Below are positions 21,395 through 29,307 of a DNA stretch of 64,000 nucleotides, one piece after another. The stretch comes from an uncultured bacterium (GTDB taxonomy: Bacteria > Babelota > Babeliae > Babelales > JACPOV01): positions 1 through 64,000 of the forward strand of contig CAVUUR010000012.1 of assembly GCA_963744715.1 (NCBI GenBank), in the 5' to 3' direction. A program made the position numbers and the translations under genes. Numbering within the stretch: position 1 is the first letter of the stretch; the number at the start of each line of letters is the position of its first letter. A model generated the notes under the pieces. That model was not told the origin of the DNA, did no database searches, and saw only the letters and a list, made by a program, of their open reading frames with translations.

Positions 21395-21961
21395 TCAAAA
21401 AGCCCCATAAAAAATGACCCAACATAGAGCGGCTATAATTCCCCAGTTCCGATCAAGATAGAATGATTGTCGCTGGAAATTTCTTTTTTCAATATATTCA
21501 TCGCGTTGTTGTTGAATTGCTGAATCATTCATCAGCATAGAAAGTTGATTAACATCATTAATTATCGTTGTTTTTTCTATTATTTTTCTAAAAGCGGACT
21601 TTTGTATGGTAAGCCATCGATCATAATTTAAGAGGTATTCATCTTCATCTTCTGGCATAATCTCTAAAAGTACGTTGCGGCATTCTTGTAGTTTTTTAGC
21701 ATCGCCCCGTTGTTGTGCTTCTAATGCTATGGATTCTACATTTCGCTTTGTTAACGGTTCTTTATAATACCCGTGTTGCTTTATTAAATTTTTGCATGGT
21801 TGCGTAATGTCTTCATAGTTTAGTTTATATTGCGCGCAAGCTTCAGCACATAATTGTTGTAAGGGAGGGACCGTATATTTTTTATGTTCTGTTATTTCCA
21901 TACTAAAAAGAACGTTAGTGTTTGCCATGAGCAGCAAACTCAATAATAAAATTTTCATCAT
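21395..21961 (-). CDS. Exported protein with BC-box-like motif and C-terminal TM, paralogue 2
   Basis: Tandem paralogue of 20707..21330 (MEITEH, VPPLQQLCAE, ITQPCK, QRGDA.KLQECR). Confidence 0.75.
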   Translation of the reverse strand: MMKILLLSLLLMANTNVLFSMEITEHKKYTVPPLQQLCAEACAQYKLNYEDITQPCKNLIKQHGYYKEPLTKRNVESIALEAQQRGDAKKLQECRNVLLEIMPEDEDEYLLNYDRWLTIQKSAFRKIIEKTTIINDVNQLSMLMNDSAIQQQRDEYIEKRNFQRQSFYLDRNWGIIAALCWVIFYGAF

Positions 21962-21996
21962 AATACGTTGCCATTTATTGTTGGTTTTGTAATGGG

Positions 21997-23475
21997 TTAT
22001 ATATTTTTTTGGTCATTATACGTATAAAAATTATTATTAACAAGAAATGTGGAGAATTGCCAGATATCTTCGAGTTTAGGGATATGTTTGCCGAAAACTA
22101 AAAATTGATTGGGGCCGGAAATTGGTGTCCAGCTTACCGGCTTTGAAAAAAAATCACCAAGAAACGGTTTTGCCACGGCCAAAATTTCTTGATAATCAAG
22201 ATCATCCGGTACGCAAACGCCAAGAGTAGGGTGATTAATAGCATAGATAACGGATGCAACAACACTGATGGCAACTTGCAGCGTTGTACAATTTTGGTTG
22301 GGCACCAGTGCGCGCGCTTGTTCGATGTTCAAAAGGCTTCCGATCCACCATGCATTGAAATCATGGCCCATCAAAAGACAACCGAGCTCATCGGCTCCTG
22401 CTATAATTTCGTCATTAAGGATTCGTTTTTTTTCTTGCGGTACATAATTACGCATGCGAAATTCATACAAAGAATTAAATGCCGAATCAGTTGGGCAGTA
22501 GGCATAGTGTACCGTTGGCCTGTAGATAGCTTTATCATCTTCCCAGACCGTTAAGTGATTTGAAATGCTGTATGCTTCACCATGCCGAATAACCATACCA
22601 ATAATTTGTCCTGACGGAACCCAAGAGCGTACTAACGTTTCCATACCGCGCGAAGCTAAAAGAATTTGGTTTTGTGGTCCTACGGTGTGTTGTAGTGCCC
22701 CTTGAGGCATAGTTTTTTCATGAGTTCCCCATCCAAGTTCTGCAGGGGCCAATCCTTCTTCAAGAAAACCTTCTATGCTCCAGGTATTAACAAATTCATT
22801 CATGATTTTTGGTTTATTAGTAATTTGCGAATCTCGTTCGGAGATGTGAATAACTTTGGTGCCGGTCAATAACGCTAGCTGTGCAAAATTATTGGAAGCG
22901 AGGGCTTTTTGCAATGCATTGTTGCGAGAATCCTTTGGTTTTTCCTGAATTATTTTTGTGGCAATTTCTGCAAGTGCTTGTTTGGTAAAATGCGAAACCA
23001 ATCCAGGGTTAGCGCCATGATCAACAATGGCGGTGCTGCCTTTGGTTTTCCAACGTGAAGTGAGTTTTTTTATATCCATATGCCGAGCATACAAGGTCAA
23101 TTGCGTTGGCGATACCTGTTCTATTTTTTGATACGGATCCCATTCTTCAACCGAAGTATTAACATACAACACATTATTATTGTGGCACCACTCGAGCATC
23201 GCGCAGGTTTCAACATCCCACGCAAGGTCAATAAAAAGATCACCCGGTTTTACATACTGTGATAAAACATTGGCATAATTTTCCGGTGTAATTTGATAGT
23301 TGATATACGTAATTCCTCGATCTAAAAATTCTTTAATACGAGGTGTATTATCTACAAAATCCATGATCGTTATTTTGTTGGGAGCAACAGCAATAAGTTT
23401 GAGCAAGAGTGGTAGCGTGCACTGAGCGATAGCGCCAGAACCTAGTATGAAAATGTTTTTAGCAAACGTAATCAT
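21997..23475 (-). CDS. hss: Homospermidine synthase
   Basis: GSGAIA Rossmann motif, DHGANPGLVSHF, IHISERD, EFVNTWS.EG, HGEA, YRPTVHYAYCP, DELG, TLQVA. Confidence 0.9.
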   Translation of the reverse strand: MITFAKNIFILGSGAIAQCTLPLLLKLIAVAPNKITIMDFVDNTPRIKEFLDRGITYINYQITPENYANVLSQYVKPGDLFIDLAWDVETCAMLEWCHNNNVLYVNTSVEEWDPYQKIEQVSPTQLTLYARHMDIKKLTSRWKTKGSTAIVDHGANPGLVSHFTKQALAEIATKIIQEKPKDSRNNALQKALASNNFAQLALLTGTKVIHISERDSQITNKPKIMNEFVNTWSIEGFLEEGLAPAELGWGTHEKTMPQGALQHTVGPQNQILLASRGMETLVRSWVPSGQIIGMVIRHGEAYSISNHLTVWEDDKAIYRPTVHYAYCPTDSAFNSLYEFRMRNYVPQEKKRILNDEIIAGADELGCLLMGHDFNAWWIGSLLNIEQARALVPNQNCTTLQVAISVVASVIYAINHPTLGVCVPDDLDYQEILAVAKPFLGDFFSKPVSWTPISGPNQFLVFGKHIPKLEDIWQFSTFLVNNNFYTYNDQKNI

Positions 23476-23592
23476 AGTTATTACCAATAACGAGTAACAC
23501 TTATTACTTAAAACTACTTCTACTATAGCCTTGTATCGAATAAAAAAGCAACCCATAGCGAAAATATTTTGCGTGAATCTTATTTTATTTGT

Positions 23593-24675
23593 TTAATGTT
23601 GCGTAACAACGTGGGGGCTGTCAAAAAAACCTAAAGGCCAGTGTTCTTTATGTTGTGATTCGTACCTGTCCTGCTTTGATTTTCCAAAGGTATCATAAAA
23701 CATTTTACCAGTGAGATGTGAATACCATTGTATATAACCGGTGCACAGCGGAGGCTGTTGTATGCCCACCATGGTTGGGAAATGTTCAGAATCAATAGGG
23801 ACAATGGTTCCGGTATTTTTTTCTATTACATAATTATTAATATGCGGATCTATATTTTGTTGCAAATAGTTAGCCAAAGAGAGCGCGATTTGGGTATCTT
23901 CTTTATTATGCAATGAAAAAGAACGCTCTATTTCAATATAATCGCAAATAATGGCATAGGTTGAGGGGAGTTTAACGCTAATACTTTTATAAGGGCCAAG
24001 ATTAAAACCGGTTAATTCAAACCAGCGGGTATTGTTACCAATCCAAAACCATTTACGCGGGAAATCGACGCAGGAAGACCAATAAGAGCTTTCGGCAATC
24101 TTTTTTTGTAATCGCTCTAGGTTTTTAATACGCGTAAAACCATTTAAATAGCGGTTGCCACTTCCCATAATAAAGAAGCAGCAGGGCTCAAACCCTTTAA
24201 TGAACGGATTTACGAAACTTTCTGGCGTTTCTATGAAAATTTTAACCACAAATGGATACTGTTTAAATTTAGCAATAATTAAGCCGGTTTGCCGTTTTCC
24301 GTTGAAATCACGCTTTTTTAGAATGGTAAAATCGGCAAATTTTTTCTTTTTTTGTTTAATTTCTATAATAAATCGTTCTATGCAATCAGATAAGGTGGTT
24401 CCCAAAACGGAGTTTGAATTATCGTATCTATAAGGAATTGACCCCTGAGGCAATAGATGGGTATAGAAAAAATCCTTATCGAATACCCTAAATAAAGGCC
24501 CAACCTTTAAATGTGAATCCTGCAAGGTGTATTTTTTGTTATCCCCTATCCAATGTGTAACAATAGAGGGTGTTTCTGGATTGCGAGGCCGATGAGGACT
24601 ACGCGTGCTATCCAGCGAAAAAAAAGATACGAGTGCAGAGGTTATTAAAAAAATTGTTATTGATTTCTTAATCAT
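23593..24675 (-). CDS. Exported hypothetical protein, possible atypical kinase fold
   Basis: Signal peptide; VVKIF...DPHINN...IVPIDSE in kinase-like order. Confidence 0.55.
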   Translation of the reverse strand: MIKKSITIFLITSALVSFFSLDSTRSPHRPRNPETPSIVTHWIGDNKKYTLQDSHLKVGPLFRVFDKDFFYTHLLPQGSIPYRYDNSNSVLGTTLSDCIERFIIEIKQKKKKFADFTILKKRDFNGKRQTGLIIAKFKQYPFVVKIFIETPESFVNPFIKGFEPCCFFIMGSGNRYLNGFTRIKNLERLQKKIAESSYWSSCVDFPRKWFWIGNNTRWFELTGFNLGPYKSISVKLPSTYAIICDYIEIERSFSLHNKEDTQIALSLANYLQQNIDPHINNYVIEKNTGTIVPIDSEHFPTMVGIQQPPLCTGYIQWYSHLTGKMFYDTFGKSKQDRYESQHKEHWPLGFFDSPHVVTQH

Positions 24676-24959
24676 ATTTATTTTTTATATCAATAGTAGA
24701 AATATTACCCTACTACTACTGTACATTAATTCTCACCGTAACGTAAGTAATTATTGTACTATTGAGGTTATGATTGATTTTTTATAGGGTACCTTGATAA
24801 TCTTTGAAGTATATCTTTTCCATGAAATAGTTAGAGCGGTGATAGAAGATTTGCTTAACGATAGTGAACGTAGTAAGGTTGAAATGTATACGCTGCGATA
24901 TCTTACCAGAAGCATAAGGTAAAATCTTTGAGTATTCACCTTAAAAAAGAGAGGAAATC

Positions 24960-25496
24960 ATGGAGCATAGGCATGCATCAAATACCCACACTGATGTTCT
25001 ACGTTCTTTAAATTCATTGCCCCGTAAAATGTTATCTATGCATGGCAAGGATAACATTTCAGAGTTTGTATTATATGATTTTTGCCATAAAAATTATTTT
25101 AACTTTAAAAAAGCAGCCTACTTTGTCGATAATACAGACTTTAATTGTTTTAAAGGCGTTGCTGGTATCGATACGCATGAAGACAATTTTTGTAATGATG
25201 TAGATGTTTGGAAGAATGCTGATGGCCATAATACGTACATGAAACAATCTCCTTTTAATCAAAACGTACGAAATTTGTCTCGATCAAGTTTACACGTATA
25301 CAACGGATCCCAACAAGAAGTAATAGGCGGTATAGCCAATGAACTGATTTTCAATAATCCCGAATATTACGTTTGGGATATGAAACATGATAATCATGGA
25401 GTTTTGATTTTTGAGCGTTCAACTGGCGATACTAAAGAATTGGATGAACATTTACTGCAAAGTGTTTATTTATTCAGTTTTTGCCCTGTTCATTAA
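24960..25496 (+). CDS. Hypothetical cytoplasmic protein
   Basis: GAGGA RBS; intact 178-aa ORF. Confidence 0.75.
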   Translation: MEHRHASNTHTDVLRSLNSLPRKMLSMHGKDNISEFVLYDFCHKNYFNFKKAAYFVDNTDFNCFKGVAGIDTHEDNFCNDVDVWKNADGHNTYMKQSPFNQNVRNLSRSSLHVYNGSQQEVIGGIANELIFNNPEYYVWDMKHDNHGVLIFERSTGDTKELDEHLLQSVYLFSFCPVH

Positions 25497-26686
25497 TCTA
25501 TAGGAGTAGAATCGCTCAAGATAGCCAACCCAGGCAATGGTTGTCCACTTAAATATTGTAACGTTGATCCTCCTCCTGTTGAAAGAAAACTAATACGATC
25601 TTCCAAGTGGTACTCTTCTACCATTGCTACCGAATCTCCGCCGCCTACAACGCAGTATGCATTGCTACTAGCTATAGCTTTTAATAACGCATGCGTGGCT
25701 TGTAAGGTTTCTTCTCTTTCCGTAAATCCCATAGGGCCATTAAAAAAAATTGTTTTTGCGGTATGTATTAGTTGCGTACATTCTTTAATACTTTTTGGGC
25801 CGATTGCAATGCCGACAGCGTTAGATGGTATATCGGCAGTAGGGGTGTATGAAAGTGGGCCTTGCACCGTTTGCAGAGCAATTTGATAATCAAAGGGGAA
25901 TACTAACGTGGTTGAGCTTGTTGCTGCTTTTTGCATAATATGCTGCGCTGCCTTAATTTCTGTTTGGTCAACAAGTGATTTACCAACTTCTTTGCGCTGT
26001 GCTGCTAAAAAGGTAAAAACAAGTGCAGGACAAATGATAATAGTTTGGGCTTTATCAAGCATGTATTCAATAAGTGGTAATTTTGTGGCAATTTTACCGC
26101 CACCTAACGTGATAACATACGGTTGTTGTGGCGTTTGCGCAAGTACATTGAGCGCTTTCAATTCTTTTTCAATTAAAAGACCAATAGTTCGCTCAGTGGG
26201 TGCAAATAAGGTAGGCAATACGGTTATTGAAGTATCGTTGCGGTGCAATACGCCAAAAGCATCATTAACATAATAGTCTCCCCATTGGGCAAGCGTGCGA
26301 GCAAAAGATGGATCGGCTTTTTTTTCTCCAGGGAAAAATCTAAGATTTTCCAGTAGTACCAATTCAGCGGGATTATTTTGTTCTACGCTAGAAATATCGG
26401 ATATATGTTTAACGGCAAAGCCATGACCGGTAAACCATGGTATTAATTGTTTGGTAGAATAATGGGGATCAATATCGTTAGGGGATCCAATATGTGTGGC
26501 GAGAACAATGGAACCGCCTTTTTTTTTGATAAGGTTAATGGTTGGTAATATTGCGCGTAATCGATAATCATTGACAATAGTTCCATCCACAAGGGGAACA
26601 TTTAAATCTGCGCGTAAAAAAACGCGTTTTTGATTAAGATCATATGAGTGTAACATTGAATGTATCTGATAAATAGGCATACTCAC
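25493..26686 (-). CDS. pgk: Phosphoglycerate kinase
   Basis: RADLNVP, LLENLRF, YVNDAFG, NGPMG, GGGDS, STGGGS. Confidence 0.96.
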   Translation of the reverse strand: MSMPIYQIHSMLHSYDLNQKRVFLRADLNVPLVDGTIVNDYRLRAILPTINLIKKKGGSIVLATHIGSPNDIDPHYSTKQLIPWFTGHGFAVKHISDISSVEQNNPAELVLLENLRFFPGEKKADPSFARTLAQWGDYYVNDAFGVLHRNDTSITVLPTLFAPTERTIGLLIEKELKALNVLAQTPQQPYVITLGGGKIATKLPLIEYMLDKAQTIIICPALVFTFLAAQRKEVGKSLVDQTEIKAAQHIMQKAATSSTTLVFPFDYQIALQTVQGPLSYTPTADIPSNAVGIAIGPKSIKECTQLIHTAKTIFFNGPMGFTEREETLQATHALLKAIASSNAYCVVGGGDSVAMVEEYHLEDRISFLSTGGGSTLQYLSGQPLPGLAILSDSTPID

Positions 26687-26750
26687 TTCCTTTGTTAAAT
26701 TTTTCTTACTGTATAGTGTAAAAACTGATGGCTTGTGTATGCAAGGTAGT

Positions 26751-27986
26751 TTAGCTAGTTCGTAATAAGGTTACATTTTTTTTTATTGCTACAAATCGTA
26801 TTGCAAGCCATGAAATACCATAACTGCTCATCATGACCGCACAAAAAATAATAATTAAGGGGTATAGTTCAAATGCAATGGGAAGGTGTGTTACATAATA
26901 GGCATCCGGTAATGGTATGCAAGGATAATAATATAAAAAGAACTCAACGAAAAACGCTGCTAAAAGTCCAAAAAAACAAGCGGTTAAACTTATTCCCATA
27001 CCAATAAGAATAAAAATATTGTTAATAATGTTAACCGGTGTTCCCATGGTTTGTAAAATAGCAATATCGCGTTGCTTATGAAGCACAATCATAAAAATAA
27101 GCGCTATCATACCTATGCTTGATACTAACGTGATTAAGCTAAGAATAAGAATCATGGCGTATTTTTCTAATTGTAGAGCACTGACAATAGCAGGATAGAG
27201 TTCTTTCCATGAATACGTATCAAATAACGGAAATCTTTTTTGTAAGCGCCCAATAATTTCTTTTTCTTGTTGTTGATTGTGTAAGGTAAGTGCCACAGAA
27301 CTAACATCTGCGTCGGGAAACAAGGTTAACAAAAAATCATATGAACAAAGTGTCATGGTGCTATCAAATTCTTCGATACCAGTTTTAACAAGAGCACCAA
27401 TGATTGCCGGATGGCTATCAAACGTCATGCGATGATTATTGGATTGATAGTCAGTTGGAAACAGCAATAATACGGTATCGCCGCATTCAACCTGCAATGT
27501 TTGTGCAAGTCGATAACCAATCACTATCGTATTGTTACTGAGTAAATCTGGCAACAACGCTTTTTGATGAGCGGTTGTTGCTATAATAGTTTTTTCAATG
27601 AGGCTGGTTGTGCGTTCTAAAGAAGGGATTACGCCCTTGAGGATAATCGGTTCTATGGTTTCGGTTGCATCATTTTGTATCATTACCTGTTGTGTATCAT
27701 AAGGGCTATAGGCGGCAATTTCTGGAAATTCATCGCGCAATACGGGGGCAAGTTTTTCAAAATTAATTGCATCGTGTGGTGCATTAATAGTTATATCAGC
27801 GTGCATACCTTGAAGAGTTCGATAAGTTGATTGCTCGAAGCCATTCATAATAGCAACAATAAGCGCCAATGAAAAAGTTCCAATGCTAATGCCAAGGAAA
27901 CAAACTTTAATCATCGTCGATATGGCAGTTTCGTGCGATGCACTTTGTATATAGCGCATTGCTAATAAAAACGTAACAGAATGCAT
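26751..27986 (-). CDS. Lipoprotein-releasing ABC permease, LolC/E family
   Basis: AIMNGFE, SWKELYP, LEKYAM, DIAILQTMG, YYVTHLP; FtsX/MacB-type topology. Confidence 0.88.
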   Translation of the reverse strand: MHSVTFLLAMRYIQSASHETAISTMIKVCFLGISIGTFSLALIVAIMNGFEQSTYRTLQGMHADITINAPHDAINFEKLAPVLRDEFPEIAAYSPYDTQQVMIQNDATETIEPIILKGVIPSLERTTSLIEKTIIATTAHQKALLPDLLSNNTIVIGYRLAQTLQVECGDTVLLLFPTDYQSNNHRMTFDSHPAIIGALVKTGIEEFDSTMTLCSYDFLLTLFPDADVSSVALTLHNQQQEKEIIGRLQKRFPLFDTYSWKELYPAIVSALQLEKYAMILILSLITLVSSIGMIALIFMIVLHKQRDIAILQTMGTPVNIINNIFILIGMGISLTACFFGLLAAFFVEFFLYYYPCIPLPDAYYVTHLPIAFELYPLIIIFCAVMMSSYGISWLAIRFVAIKKNVTLLRTS

Positions 27987-28081
27987 CGGGATTCTTTCGA
28001 GCTAATTGTTTTTGCTTGTAAATACGAATCAATTTTTTTTATGATGTTTCCATATTAATAATAAAAGAAAGAGCACTATTT

Positions 28082-28780
28082 ATGAAGATCTCTACTCGAT
28101 ATATTAGTGGATTTCTCTGTATAAGTATTTTTTTATTACCAGGTTGCCGTTATAGACAGTGGATAGATGAGGCATTTTATCAAGGAAAAAAAGTAGAAAA
28201 TCATGCAGTAGCAGCGCAACAATATGTGCGCAATCTGCATATATATGATGAATTTGATACGCTAGCACATTTTGATGCATTATGGTTATCCGACCAAGTG
28301 AGAAGTTATTATGTTTGTATGTATGCACGCAAACATTGTCTTACTGAAGAACGATTTAAAACGGCGTTAAGAAGACAGCTTGAAGAAAATAAACATTTTA
28401 TTTCATTTTATGTTTTAGCGGCGATACCCGATCATGGCTTACTAGGTGAAAAAGATTCGGTATGGGGAATATGCTTGCGCGTAAATAATGATGAGGAATT
28501 TCGTCCTAAAGAAATAAAAATAGTTGAGCTAATGCCGGAGTATAAACTATTTTTTGGTCCAACATGGACGGTATTTAAAACGGCTTATTTAGTAAAATTT
28601 GATGCCTACGATGATTCCGGTAATAAAATAATTACTGCTGATACGAGAAGCTTAGAACTTTATTTTACTTCAGCAAAACGTACTGCTATGATGCGTTGGT
28701 ATTTAACCCAAGAAGGTACGGTTATTTGTCATAGTTTGAAACATCCAAATATTTTGGCGTATGATTTGTACTATCGTTAA
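28082..28780 (+). CDS. Hypothetical lipoprotein
   Basis: Lipobox LPG-C after a hydrophobic stretch. Confidence 0.7.
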   Translation: MKISTRYISGFLCISIFLLPGCRYRQWIDEAFYQGKKVENHAVAAQQYVRNLHIYDEFDTLAHFDALWLSDQVRSYYVCMYARKHCLTEERFKTALRRQLEENKHFISFYVLAAIPDHGLLGEKDSVWGICLRVNNDEEFRPKEIKIVELMPEYKLFFGPTWTVFKTAYLVKFDAYDDSGNKIITADTRSLELYFTSAKRTAMMRWYLTQEGTVICHSLKHPNILAYDLYYR

Positions 28781-28792
28781 GAGATTAATACT

Positions 28793-29242
28793 ATGAATAA
28801 TGAAATTAAACTTATTATCGGTGCCGATCATCGTGGCTATATGACAAAAGAGTTAATTAAGGAGCATCTTGCTATTGATAGATGTACTATCACATGGATT
28901 GACGTTGGCGCCTATAACCGTGAACGTTCTGATTATCCGGTGTTTGCACAACTTGCATGTCGTGCACTGCAAGAAAAAAAAGCTGAGCAAGCGATATTAT
29001 TGTGTGGTAGTGGGATAGGTATGGGCATAGCAGCAAATCGTTTTCCGGGAATATATGCAGGAGTTGCATGGAATACCACCATTGCACGGCTTAGTAAAGA
29101 AGATGATAATACGAATATACTTATTATTCCTTCGGATTTTGTGGAATATCAAGAAGCATTAGAAATGATTAAAATATGGCTGAGTGCAGAATTTAAAGAA
29201 GATCGTTATCGACAAAGACTTACTATGATCGATCCTCTTTGA
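28793..29242 (+). CDS. rpiB: Ribose-5-phosphate isomerase B
   Basis: GADHRG, SDYP, CGSGIGM.IAANR motifs. Confidence 0.92.
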   Translation: MNNEIKLIIGADHRGYMTKELIKEHLAIDRCTITWIDVGAYNRERSDYPVFAQLACRALQEKKAEQAILLCGSGIGMGIAANRFPGIYAGVAWNTTIARLSKEDDNTNILIIPSDFVEYQEALEMIKIWLSAEFKEDRYRQRLTMIDPL

Positions 29243-29254
29243 TTAATAATCAAT

Positions 29255-29294
29255 AAAAAAGAGCAGGTAATCTAAAATACCTGCTCTTTTTTTT
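29255..29294. terminator. Bidirectional terminator
   Basis: A6-GAGCAGGTA..TACCTGCTC-T8. Confidence 0.85.
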
Positions 29295-29307
29295 ATTTGT
29301 AGTTCTA

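Noticed and set aside
10285..21961. Integron cassette array
   Set aside because: No integrase and no recurring attC-like GTTRRRY/RYYYAAC palindromes found between the genes; orientations are mixed
24605..24939. Short ORFs between the kinase-like gene and 24960
   Set aside because: AT-rich divergent promoter region with no motif support
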